64,000 bases of DNA from Spirochaetia bacterium (GTDB lineage: Bacteria > Spirochaetota > Spirochaetia > UBA9216), in assembly GCA_963677925.2 (NCBI GenBank), contig CAXXYH010000003.1, forward strand, positions 416,001 to 480,000, read 5' to 3'. Below the pieces are notes generated by a model. The model ran no database searches, was not told the DNA's origin, and worked only from the letters and a program-made list of their open reading frames with translations. This document shows, in pieces, positions 16,821 to 26,288 of the stretch; the stretch's first letter is position 1, and each line of letters starts with the position of its first letter. A program made the translations under genes and the position numbers.

Positions 16821-18824
16821 ATGAAGATCGCCCTTACCGGTAATCCTAACAGTGGTAAAACTACACTGTTCAATGCCATAACCGGAAAAATTGAACATGT
16901 AGGTAACTGGCCCGGAGTAACAGTAGAGAAGAAAGAAGGTATTATTAAATCGTCATTAGCTTCGCGTGACAAAGCACTTACTGTCGTAGATTTACCCGGA
17001 GCTTATTCAATGTCTCCCTACACGAATGAAGAAAGCATAACAAAGGACTTTATTAATAATGAGAGTCCTGATGCAATCATAAATATTGTGGATGCAACAA
17101 ATCTAAACCGCAGTTTATTTTTTACAACACAGCTTATTGAATTGGGTATTCCTGTTGTTATAGCCCTTAACAAAAGTGACTTAAACCGTCAGAAAGGAAT
17201 AATTATTGACACTCAAATGCTGAGTGAACTAATAAAATGCCCTGTAGTAGAAACTGTAGCGACAAAAAATTCCGGAAATGGACTGCCTGAACTTATTAAT
17301 TCTATTGAACTTATTTTCAGTAATAATTATAAGCAAGCATCTTTGGCGATAAAAGGTTCTAAAAGTGCAGCGACAGCAGATGATTTTGAAAAGGTTGATA
17401 AAAACCGTTACATTGCTGTAAATGAAATAACTGCACAAGTAGAACGAAGAAAAATCGATTCGAGCAGTCAAACCTTTCAGGATAAAGCCGACAGAATAAT
17501 TGCACATAAATGGCTTGGTATTCCAATTTTCGCCGCGGTTATCTGGTTTGTTTTTTCAGTTTCACAATCCTGGATAGGGCCATTGCTTGCTGATTTTTTT
17601 GTAGGCTGGATCGATGCATTTTACGGAGCAGTTGAAGGTGTGATAGGAGAAGACGTAAACCCTGTTCTTTCATCTCTGCTTCTGGACGGAATTATCGGAG
17701 GAGTCGGCGCAGTAGTCGGATTTCTTCCTCTCATTATGGTTCTGTTCTTTATGCTGGCTTTACTTGAAGACTGCGGTTACATGGCAAGGGTTGCCGTAAT
17801 TATGGACAGATTCTTCAAAAAAATCGGACTTTCCGGTAAATCCATCATTCCAATGATAGTCAGTACCGGATGCGCTATTCCTGGAATAATGGCCACAAGG
17901 ACTATTAAAAATGAAAGACAGAGGCGTACAACAGCAATGCTCGCTCCTTTCATGCCATGCGGAGCCAAACTTCCTATTATTGCCTTATTCGCAGGAGTAT
18001 TTTTCGGGGATAATGCATGGGTTGGAGCATCGATGTATTTTCTTGCCATAGGCGTAATTATTCTGAGTGGTCTCATAATTAGAAAGATAACCGGCGATAC
18101 TTCGAAATCATACTTTATTATGGAACTTCCAGAATACAGGCTTCCGAGTCTTAAAAGAGCAGCATTATCCATGCTTGATCGTGCAAAGTCATTTATTATA
18201 AAAGCGGGCACTATAATTCTTGTATGTAATGCAGTTGTCCAGCTTCTTCAGACTTTTAACTGGCAGTTTCAGGTTATAGGCGAATCTGCGGCAGATACAA
18301 GTATACTCGCATATCTGGCTTCTCCGCTTGCTTTCATATTTATTCCCCTGGGCTTTGGACTTTGGCAGTTTGCTGCAGCAGCAATAACAGGTTTTATTGC
18401 GAAGGAAAATGTCGTAGGGACATTGGCTGTAACTTTTGCAATTACCAACTTTATCGATGTAGAAGAACTGGCTCTCATAGGCGGCAGTGCCGATGTAATG
18501 AGTATTTTCGGTATAGGTGCTGTAGGAGCACTTTCATATCTTGTTTTCAACCTGTTCACACCTCCATGCTTTGCTGCCATAGGGTCTATGAACTCTGAGC
18601 TGGAATCAAAAAAATGGCTGTTCGGAGCTATAGGATTTCAGCTTGGTACAGGCTACGTACTCTCATTCCTTGTGTACCAGATTGGTACACTGATTACGAC
18701 AGGTGCTTTAGGAGCCGGATTTTTGGGCGGATTAATCGCTGTCGCTGCCATAGTCGGAACAGTGCTGTACATGATGTTCATGAAACCCGGTGATTCATAT
18801 AATTTTGCGGGAAGGACGGCATAA
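16821..18824 (+). CDS. feoB: Ferrous iron transport protein B
   Basis: GNPNSGKTT, GNWPGVTVEKK, DLPG and NKSD GTPase motifs; LEDCGYMAR, PFMPCGAK and FTPPC. Confidence 0.96.
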   Translation: MKIALTGNPNSGKTTLFNAITGKIEHVGNWPGVTVEKKEGIIKSSLASRDKALTVVDLPGAYSMSPYTNEESITKDFINNESPDAIINIVDATNLNRSLFFTTQLIELGIPVVIALNKSDLNRQKGIIIDTQMLSELIKCPVVETVATKNSGNGLPELINSIELIFSNNYKQASLAIKGSKSAATADDFEKVDKNRYIAVNEITAQVERRKIDSSSQTFQDKADRIIAHKWLGIPIFAAVIWFVFSVSQSWIGPLLADFFVGWIDAFYGAVEGVIGEDVNPVLSSLLLDGIIGGVGAVVGFLPLIMVLFFMLALLEDCGYMARVAVIMDRFFKKIGLSGKSIIPMIVSTGCAIPGIMATRTIKNERQRRTTAMLAPFMPCGAKLPIIALFAGVFFGDNAWVGASMYFLAIGVIILSGLIIRKITGDTSKSYFIMELPEYRLPSLKRAALSMLDRAKSFIIKAGTIILVCNAVVQLLQTFNWQFQVIGESAADTSILAYLASPLAFIFIPLGFGLWQFAAAAITGFIAKENVVGTLAVTFAITNFIDVEELALIGGSADVMSIFGIGAVGALSYLVFNLFTPPCFAAIGSMNSELESKKWLFGAIGFQLGTGYVLSFLVYQIGTLITTGALGAGFLGGLIAVAAIVGTVLYMMFMKPGDSYNFAGRTA

Positions 18825-18831
18825 ATTGAAC

Positions 18832-18975
18832 ATGACTAATTTAATAGTATCGCTCATACTTGCTGCAATTATTTTTTCAGCAGTATTCAGGATAATAAAA
18901 GGCAGAAAGAAAGGTGCTTCATGCCCCGGATGCGGCGGATGCTCATTTTCTGAATCCTGTGCTGATAAAAAATAA
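18832..18975 (+). CDS. FeoB-associated Cys-rich membrane protein
   Basis: Single TM segment followed by CPGCGGC..C; directly downstream of feoB. Confidence 0.85.
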   Translation: MTNLIVSLILAAIIFSAVFRIIKGRKKGASCPGCGGCSFSESCADKK

Positions 18976-18981
18976 TGGAAA

Positions 18982-19020
18982 CCGGCTGTACTTTGTGATG
19001 CCTGTACAGCCGGATCTTTT
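18982..19020. terminator. Hairpin terminator after the feo operon
   Basis: CCGGCTGTAC-loop-GTACAGCCGG then ATCTTTT. Confidence 0.65.
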
Positions 19021-19032
19021 AAATTTATACAT

Positions 19033-19746
19033 CTAATAATTTATCAAAGTCCACATGTATAAATAATATAAAATCAGTATGATAATCAGAAATGTTAGAA
19101 GTGTGCTGAACCCCGCCCTGCTTTTCTTATCAAATCCTGCACCCATCCGGATAAGAACAAGTGAATCGGAAATACTCAGAATAAGTCCTGCCCGGCCCAG
19201 ATTTGATAAGCCGCCAACTGCATCGGAAAGAGCCCCCGATAAAAGAATTACAAGACCTGCAGAATATATCAGCATTTGATTTCTCAGTTCACCGCCGGGT
19301 TTAAAAGTCCTGATACTTACAAAAAGCATCAATCCGATTATCAGTATAGAAAAACCAATTGATACAGCAAACCTTGACCAGCCGTTCTGCACCAGTAATA
19401 CAATACCGATAAAAATATTGACAAGAAGGAACAGTATTGCTGCAATCAGAACAATTACCGAAACACCTGCACCTGCACTTTCTCCCTCATGCGTCTCAAC
19501 TACACTCGAACCTTCTATGCCTATTTCTCCAAGACCCATAGCAAGTAATATTATGCAGGGGATTACCTGAAAACTGCCGTATTCAGCAATAACTATTAGA
19601 AATCCACCGAATAATAATACAGGCGTCGAGATCTTCTTTATATAAAAAAGAAAAAGACTCGAATCCCGAAAGAAATACATCAGCTGTATTATTAAGTTAA
19701 AAGCAGCAAATGCTATCCATACTATACGTAATACATTCATAATCAC
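19033..19746 (-). CDS. Polytopic membrane protein, possibly YhhN/lysoplasmalogenase-like
   Basis: About 8 TM segments; K..TP near the N-terminus and ISDSLV near the C-terminus resemble YhhN. The family call is weak. Confidence 0.5.
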   Translation of the reverse strand: MIMNVLRIVWIAFAAFNLIIQLMYFFRDSSLFLFYIKKISTPVLLFGGFLIVIAEYGSFQVIPCIILLAMGLGEIGIEGSSVVETHEGESAGAGVSVIVLIAAILFLLVNIFIGIVLLVQNGWSRFAVSIGFSILIIGLMLFVSIRTFKPGGELRNQMLIYSAGLVILLSGALSDAVGGLSNLGRAGLILSISDSLVLIRMGAGFDKKSRAGFSTLLTFLIIILILYYLYMWTLINY

Positions 19747-19877
19747 TAATCATAACAGAATATTTTACAATCAGCCACATTTCATTTGACTGATATATTC
19801 CTTAGTATTATTATAATATTAGTTACACCTTACTTATTTAGTGATGTATAACTACTGACTGATTATAAGGAGAGTTT

Positions 19878-21257
19878 ATGGGACTTTTAATAAAGAATGG
19901 AACAATAATAGAACATGATGGAAGAAGAAAGGCTGATATATACTGCGAAAATGATACTGTAACCAGCATAGGTAAAGATTTGGATACGGCACCCGGCACT
20001 GAAGTATTTGACGCAGAAGGGAAATACGTGTTCCCGGGTTTTATAGATCCGCATGTACACATACACCTCCCCTTCATGGGTACATTTGCCAAGGACACTC
20101 ATACAACAGGTTCAAAAGCAGCCCTGATGGGAGGAACAACCTCCTTCATAGAAATGTGCTGCCCAAACAGATCAATGGATCTTGTAGATGGATATGAGGA
20201 ATGGAAACAGAAAGCTGCAGACAACGCCTTCTGTGATTACACATTTCACATGGCTGTTCCCAAATGGGAAGATGGTAAAACGGATGCTCAGCTTGATAAG
20301 ATCATTGCTGACGGAACGACATCCTTTAAAATATTTCTGGCCTACAAGGATTTCTTTGGAGTTTATGATGATGAACTTTTCAAACTTCTCACATATGCAG
20401 CAAAACATGGAATTATTACCACTGCACATACAGAGAATGCAGAAGTTGTTGCACAGATGCAGGCAAGACTGCTTGCAGAAGGTAAAACGGGACCTGAATA
20501 TCATGAACCCAGCCGCCCCGACTATGTTGAAGCATCAGGAGTAAATCATTTTGCAACCTTCCTTGAGCTGACAGGTGCTGAAGGATATGTTGTTCACTTA
20601 TCCAATGAAAAAGCGCTGAAAGAAGCGATGAAAGCACGTCATCGCGGAGTAAAACTTGGAGTTGAAGCAGTAATTCCTCACCTGATTCTGGACCGGAGCT
20701 ATCCTGAACGTCCTGGATTTGAAGGTTCAAAATATATTATGAGTCCTCCGCTTCGCGGAAAATCTGATCAAGCCGCACTTTGGAACGGACTTAATACCGG
20801 GCTCGTGGATACCGTAGCCACCGACCACGCCCCCTTTGATTATGCAGCTCAGAAGATTATGGGTGAAAACGATTTTACAAAAATTCCAAACGGAATTCCG
20901 GCAATTGAAGATCGAATCAACCTTCTCTATACCTACGGCGTTTCAAGAGGAAATATGTCTCTTGAACGTTTTGTCGAAGTAGGTTCTACAAATGCAGCAA
21001 AGTTTTTTGGTTTATATCCAAGGAAAGGAACTCTCAGACCGGGATCTGATGCAGATATTGTTGTTTATAATCCTGATGCAAAGGGAGTTTTCAGTGTTAA
21101 GACCCAGAGCATGAATGTTGATTACAACGGTTTTGAAGGAATGGAACGTGACGGAGCGCCCGAACTTGTTACAGTCAGAGGCAAGGTTCAGGTAAAAGAC
21201 GGTTCTTTTACCGGAGAAAAAGGATGGGGCAAATTACTCAGACGAGGAACCAGATAA
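19878..21257 (+). CDS. hydA: Dihydropyrimidinase / D-hydantoinase
   Basis: PGFIDPHVH, TSFKIFLAYK, HTEN, VVHLS, MSPPLR, ATDHAPF and IPNG motifs. Confidence 0.93.
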   Translation: MGLLIKNGTIIEHDGRRKADIYCENDTVTSIGKDLDTAPGTEVFDAEGKYVFPGFIDPHVHIHLPFMGTFAKDTHTTGSKAALMGGTTSFIEMCCPNRSMDLVDGYEEWKQKAADNAFCDYTFHMAVPKWEDGKTDAQLDKIIADGTTSFKIFLAYKDFFGVYDDELFKLLTYAAKHGIITTAHTENAEVVAQMQARLLAEGKTGPEYHEPSRPDYVEASGVNHFATFLELTGAEGYVVHLSNEKALKEAMKARHRGVKLGVEAVIPHLILDRSYPERPGFEGSKYIMSPPLRGKSDQAALWNGLNTGLVDTVATDHAPFDYAAQKIMGENDFTKIPNGIPAIEDRINLLYTYGVSRGNMSLERFVEVGSTNAAKFFGLYPRKGTLRPGSDADIVVYNPDAKGVFSVKTQSMNVDYNGFEGMERDGAPELVTVRGKVQVKDGSFTGEKGWGKLLRRGTR

Positions 21258-21315
21258 ATTATTTAGGGAATTGACAGCATAAACGCTGTGTTAACTTAAT
21301 AGCTTCTTCTTTTGG

Positions 21316-21348
21316 ACTGCAGTAAATAATTTACTGCAGTTCTTTTTT
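21316..21348 (+). terminator. Rho-independent terminator after hydA
   Basis: ACTGCAGTAAA-TAA-TTTACTGCAGT followed by TCTTTTTT. Confidence 0.75.
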
Positions 21349-21351
21349 ATC

Positions 21352-21404
21352 TTGACCATATTGAATAGGGATGTTAACTTATTAATGAAAATGATTTTCA
21401 TTAA
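21352..21404 (+). promoter_or_regulatory. Promoter plus perfect Fur-box-like palindrome
   Basis: TTGACC-17 bp-TAACTT, then TTAATGAAAAT-G-ATTTTCATTAA at 21382-21404. Confidence 0.7.
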
Positions 21405-21409
21405 AGGAA

Positions 21410-21880
21410 ATGATGATGAGACATGGACACGGCAGAGGCCGAAGATGGGGCCAGCAGCTTGAATGCAGGGGATTCAGAGTTACTGCAGCAAGAGAATTGA
21501 TTCTTGAAATACTTTCAGATACTGATTCGCATTTGAGCGCGGAAGAAATCTATTTTACGGCACGTGAAGAAAATCCTTCTGTCGGACTGACAACAGTATA
21601 CCGCAGTCTTGAGCTTCTTCAGCAGAACGGTATCGTGAACAAATTTGACTTCGGCGATGGAAGGGCAAAATTTGAACTGACAGAAGAGTTCAGTAGTAAA
21701 CCTCATCACCATCACCTCATATGCAGAAAATGCGGAAGAATAGTCGATTACACCGACTTTAATGAGGATGAAAAACTATATGTGAGCAAGGCTGAAGATG
21801 GACTTCAGTCCAGATACGGATTCGATATTGACAGCCATATTATCAGGTTTTATGGAACCTGTCCTGAATGTAAAAAATAG
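21410..21880 (+). CDS. Fur family transcriptional regulator
   Basis: HLSAEEIY, GLTTVYRSL, HHHHLICRKCG and GTCPEC motifs. Confidence 0.93.
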   Translation: MMMRHGHGRGRRWGQQLECRGFRVTAARELILEILSDTDSHLSAEEIYFTAREENPSVGLTTVYRSLELLQQNGIVNKFDFGDGRAKFELTEEFSSKPHHHHLICRKCGRIVDYTDFNEDEKLYVSKAEDGLQSRYGFDIDSHIIRFYGTCPECKK

Positions 21881-21897
21881 TTTTTTTACATTCTTAA

Positions 21898-21912
21898 TGA
21901 TAATGGTTATCA
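21898..21912. promoter_or_regulatory. Fur box upstream of the DUF5320 gene
   Basis: TGATAATGGTTATCA, one mismatch to the 7-1-7 consensus TGATAATnATTATCA. Confidence 0.65.
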
Positions 21913-21947
21913 ATTTCAAAATATCAAAATTTATACGGAGGTATAAT

Positions 21948-22355
21948 ATGCCAAGAGGCGATCGTAGAGGACCTGACGGAAGTGGTCCAATGACAGGAAG
22001 AGGAATGGGATTTTGTGCAGGAAATGAAGCACCTGGATATATGAGCGATGGATTCGGGGGCGGCAGAGGTACAGGATTCGGAAAAGGACGCGGAGCAGGA
22101 ATGGGACGCGGTTATGGAAGAACGGCAAAAGGATGGAACTGCGGAGGAGGCAGAGGCGGGCATGGAGCACGTGGCTTCAGATTCGAACAGAACGGCTATC
22201 AGGCATACGGAGCCGTACTGCCGCAGCCCTTCTCCATCGGCGAAGCTGATGAGCTTAGAATGTTAAAACGTCAGGCAGAAGACATGAAGCAGTACATTGA
22301 AAACGTGAACAGCAGAATAGCCGAACTTGAGAAAGACGCGTCAAAGCAGGATTAA
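21948..22355 (+). CDS. DUF5320 family Gly/Arg-rich protein
   Basis: MPRGDRRGPDGSGPMTGRGMGFCAG start, GRG repeats and a C-terminal coiled coil; GGAGG RBS before ATG 21948. Confidence 0.85.
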   Translation: MPRGDRRGPDGSGPMTGRGMGFCAGNEAPGYMSDGFGGGRGTGFGKGRGAGMGRGYGRTAKGWNCGGGRGGHGARGFRFEQNGYQAYGAVLPQPFSIGEADELRMLKRQAEDMKQYIENVNSRIAELEKDASKQD

Positions 22356-22368
22356 TTGCACTGATTAT

Positions 22369-23376
22369 TCAAGAAAGTCTTTGATCTAAAACCCATTTAA
22401 GAAATCCGGAGTGAATCTCCCATGAGGAGCTTCCATAGCCTCCGGCGGCAAGCCAGGCTGATTTGATATTACGTTTCTCAAGAAACTGATATACAGCCTG
22501 GTCACGGGATAAGAGCTGTTCTTTTGTAAGCGCCAGCGGTGCTGATGAAGGCAGCTCATCCTTTTCAAAGGGATCCACACCTGCAACAACAATTGCAAGA
22601 TCAGGAAGGCCTGATTTCTCAAGAGTTTCAAGACCTTCCAGAAGCCGTGGAATATAATATTCATCCGCACCCTTCTCTATTGGAATATCAACATCGCCGG
22701 GAATCCAGGCAGGATTTAATTGACCGTTACCCAGGTATTTTTTTCCGTCCAGGGGCCATCCATTTGCCATATGAATACTCAGAGTCTTAATTTCAGGAGT
22801 GCTTGAAAAAATATCTGCAGTGCCGTCGCCCCTGTGAGCATCTGTATCAATAATCCATATTACATCAGCCAGGCCTTCAGCGCGGGCCTTTGCAGCCGCG
22901 GCAGCTACATCATTTACAGGGCAGAAACCATGTCCGAAATCGGGGTGACCATGATGCATGACTCCGCCTAAATAATAACAAAAACCTTTTGAAACTGCGG
23001 TATTTACAGCTAAGTATGAACCTGAGAGAACCTTTAGAATATCGTCACGCATTCCGCTGAGCGGTTTCTGAGCATTGGCAGGATTATATCGGTTATAATT
23101 TCCTTCAGAATCAATAAGCTCATAAGCTTCCATCAGACGCTGTTCGAGCCTGATGTCATACAGTCCTTCCACATAGTCTGCACTATGTACGCGGAGAAGG
23201 TCTTCTCTTCCGATTACTTCCGGAATTTCTTCAATCAGCCATTGTTCACGTATTGATTCAAAACGAGGTTCAGCCAGAATACTCTCTATTGTACGGCTCA
23301 TTCTGCTGTCGAGAGAGGGAATTTCAATTCCATATTTTATTTAGCTGATTTTTGCTTTTTCATTGTAAATTATCAT
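22369..23376 (-). pseudogene. Histone deacetylase (HDAC/AcuC) family protein with an in-frame TAA at codon 12
   Basis: MHHGH, GFC, DTDAHRGDG, SIH, GVDP and GGY motifs. The frame from ATG 23376 reads MIIYNEKAKIS*IKYGIEIPSLDSRMSRT. It could still be expressed from ATG 23301. Confidence 0.7.
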
Positions 23377-23592
23377 AAAAATACCTTAGTGAATTATACA
23401 TCCTATAGAACTCAAATAAATGAAATGTTCTCATATTTTAATATAAATTCTCAATATATATTATCAGTACTGATATAACCCGATATGTTTTATTGATGCA
23501 GGGAGAATCATATGATAAAATCGATTAACTTTTTTAATCATAATAAGTTACTGTAATTTTTAATAAATCATATTATTTATAGTGAGGCAATT

Positions 23593-25119
23593 TTGAAAAA
23601 GCATCTTCTTTCCGCAATATTTATTATATTGTCACTGCAGTTCCTACCGGCGGAGGATCTTCCTCTGCTAGCGGTGCCTAATATTACAGCTGTTGGAGTT
23701 TCTGAAACTCTTGCGACAACCAGCCGAAACATGGTTGAAACAGCGCTTATAAAAACAGGGAAATTTACTGTCCTTTCTTATTCAGATATGGAAGAGATAC
23801 TCGACGCTCAGGCGTTCAGTCTTTCAGGCTGTACCGATGAATCCTGCGCCATTGAAATAGGTGAACTGCTTGCAGCAGACAACATAGTTGTCGGAGACCT
23901 TTCTGCCGTAGGCGAAGAGATGGTGCTGTCAATAAGACTGGTGAATGTTACAACCAGCCGGACGGCAAGCGGAGAGGTAATTCCAATCAGGAATCTGGAA
24001 GATATGCAGGAAGCAATTTTCCAGGGAGCATACTCTCTGGCCGGAATGAAATATGTCGGCGGATCTGCTGTTGTTGAAACCGGTTCTGTTTATGTTAAAT
24101 CTCCTCCGGGAATGAAGGCTGAAATTTTTATCGATGGAAAATCATATGGTGACTCACCTGCCTTCATTGAAAACCTGCCGTTCGGAGTCCATATTCTTGA
24201 GGCTAAGGCCGATGATTACAGTTATCAATCGGAAATCAGCATAGCCTCTAAAGATATAATGGAAATTACTCCGGACATCAGTCTTTTAAAAGGCAATCTG
24301 TTTCTCACCATAGTCCCTCCCTCAGCGGAAGGCTTTAAGATAGCTATAAACGGTGAAGAAGGAACAGACGGCTTAAACAGGGACATTCCTGTGGGCTCAT
24401 GTGATATCAGAATCAGCGGAAACGGATGGTACTATACCGGAAGTACAGAAATACTGCAGGATAAAACTGAAAGGCTGGTTGTGAAGCTGCAGGAAGCCGG
24501 CAGCATTCAGTTTTTCGGTCCTGCCGGTATAGAGGTTAGTGTAAAGTCAGTAAGTGGAGAAGTATTTCCGGTTCAAGATATCAGTAAGTCCCTGAACCTT
24601 CCAACAGGAAAATATACATACACGATTAGCCATGAAGACTATAAACCTGTAACAGATACTTTTTCGCTTAAGTTTCAGCAGGAACAAAAAGTAAATCCTG
24701 AATATGAGTTTAATGAACAGGCAGTGCTTAGACAGCGAATAGCTGAACTTGAGGACCAGAAAGTATCCGTATTAAAAAAGCGTAAAGCAATTTCCACCAT
24801 AGGATGGGTATTTACAGGACTTGGGACTGCAGGTCTTGGCCTTAGCGGAAGCATGGAAGGACTGATACAATACGGTGCAATGCAGCTTGAGGCTATCTAT
24901 CCTGAATACTCTGCATCTACAGATACTGAAGAGATTCAAAGTCTGGGTGAAGAGATATCAAACTGGAAAAACAACATCCCCACCTACCGGACAATCAGAA
25001 ACTATTCTCTGATGGGAGGCGGAGGTTCTCTTTTAGTCGGCGGTATAGTCTTTATGTTTATGCCCAGGGTTAAACCGATTGAAAAAGAAATTGCCGAACT
25101 TGAAGGAATGCTCAAATGA
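23593..25119 (+). CDS. PEGA-domain protein with an N-terminal CsgG/TolB-N-like domain and C-terminal membrane segments
   Basis: Signal peptide; QAFSLSGCTDESCAIEIGELL; VKSPPG..IFIDGK..G.SP..LPFGVH PEGA pattern. Confidence 0.75.
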   Translation: MKKHLLSAIFIILSLQFLPAEDLPLLAVPNITAVGVSETLATTSRNMVETALIKTGKFTVLSYSDMEEILDAQAFSLSGCTDESCAIEIGELLAADNIVVGDLSAVGEEMVLSIRLVNVTTSRTASGEVIPIRNLEDMQEAIFQGAYSLAGMKYVGGSAVVETGSVYVKSPPGMKAEIFIDGKSYGDSPAFIENLPFGVHILEAKADDYSYQSEISIASKDIMEITPDISLLKGNLFLTIVPPSAEGFKIAINGEEGTDGLNRDIPVGSCDIRISGNGWYYTGSTEILQDKTERLVVKLQEAGSIQFFGPAGIEVSVKSVSGEVFPVQDISKSLNLPTGKYTYTISHEDYKPVTDTFSLKFQQEQKVNPEYEFNEQAVLRQRIAELEDQKVSVLKKRKAISTIGWVFTGLGTAGLGLSGSMEGLIQYGAMQLEAIYPEYSASTDTEEIQSLGEEISNWKNNIPTYRTIRNYSLMGGGGSLLVGGIVFMFMPRVKPIEKEIAELEGMLK

Positions 25120-26270
25120 AAAAAATATTTATACTCATAATACTTTCACTGCTTTTAATCTTTGCCTGTGATCTATATGATCCTTCGACAGTTGATTCAA
25201 TACTTGAGAGTACTTTTCGGGACAATCCTCTGGACAGCAATTTCTGGGAAAAAAGAGCAAGTTACGGCAATGATGACTGGGGTGTAACTGATGGACCTGT
25301 TACCTTCTGTATAGATGACAAATACTATGTAGGTCTGGGGACAGACTGGGTATCTGTCGAAACAGCTTTCAGCTGGGTTTACACCGAGACAGCCTATGAT
25401 TTTAAAAAACTATCGGTATACGATCCTGATACCGATTCATGGAGTTTGTGCGCTGAATACCCCGGAGATAATTCCAGGAACGGTTTTGCTACTGTTTATA
25501 ATAATGAAGCCTATGTTGCTTTTACTGAACATTATGACAGCGATCTTGAAGAAACGATATATCCGGTAGAATTCTGGAAATATACACCGTCAACTGATAC
25601 ATGGACTGAGCTGGCATCACTACCGGACGGTACTAAATTATATTCCGATTTTCATACGGCTTATAACGGCAAACTGTATACAAGCAACTATACAACCGTA
25701 TATATATATGACGTGGTTCTTGACAGCTGGTCTTCAGAAACCCACTCATACTATAATTCCCCACAGGGAAACAATTCATTTATCAGCTCAATTGAATCTG
25801 AATATGTATATTCGATCTCTACATTAGATGAAAACTATGAAGAAATTACTATTACAGACGATGGGGAAACTTATACTATTTATGACTATGATAACTTTTA
25901 TTACAGCATATCAAGTTATTCACTTGTATCAGATTCATCATCAACCACTTTATATTCATCTATTTATTCAGACTATTACCCGGCCTTTTATGAAGATACC
26001 TGGTGGGCTGATGAAACAGTTACGTACAACACCTATACCGGGTGTGCCACTTTCCTTATTGATGATTACATTTATCTTTGTTCAAATCAGAGAACTGGTA
26101 CTTTCATGGTGCGGCTTCCGGCAGACGGAAGCGGCGCGCCGGAAACCCTGGACTGGCCTGAGGACTTTCAGACTGACAGCTTGAATTACAACACGACCTA
26201 CCCCATTGTAGGTGAAGACAGACTATTTGTTCTTGATGAAGACTGTAACTTCTACATGTACAAACCATAG
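25116..26270 (+). CDS. Kelch-repeat (beta-propeller) lipoprotein
   Basis: Lipobox LIFAC; YVGLG, YDPDTDSW, YTPSTDTW and YDVVLDSW Kelch repeats. Confidence 0.75.
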   Translation: MKKIFILIILSLLLIFACDLYDPSTVDSILESTFRDNPLDSNFWEKRASYGNDDWGVTDGPVTFCIDDKYYVGLGTDWVSVETAFSWVYTETAYDFKKLSVYDPDTDSWSLCAEYPGDNSRNGFATVYNNEAYVAFTEHYDSDLEETIYPVEFWKYTPSTDTWTELASLPDGTKLYSDFHTAYNGKLYTSNYTTVYIYDVVLDSWSSETHSYYNSPQGNNSFISSIESEYVYSISTLDENYEEITITDDGETYTIYDYDNFYYSISSYSLVSDSSSTTLYSSIYSDYYPAFYEDTWWADETVTYNTYTGCATFLIDDYIYLCSNQRTGTFMVRLPADGSGAPETLDWPEDFQTDSLNYNTTYPIVGEDRLFVLDEDCNFYMYKP

Positions 26271-26288
26271 AACTCAAACCCCGTAGTT

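Noticed and set aside
21260-21350. Possible small RNA between a TTGACA at 21271 and the terminator at 21316
   Set aside because: Promoter spacing is poor (15 bp), the transcript would be very short, and the hairpin is adequately explained as the hydA terminator.
21798-21947. N-terminal extension of the 185 aa ORF
   Set aside because: It overlaps fur and a Fur box. The GGAGG RBS and the family start MPRGD point to ATG 21948.
22040-22180. GGA/GGC-rich quasi-repeats suggesting a tandem repeat or CRISPR array
   Set aside because: They are explained by Gly/Arg codons of DUF5320; there is no constant repeat-spacer structure.
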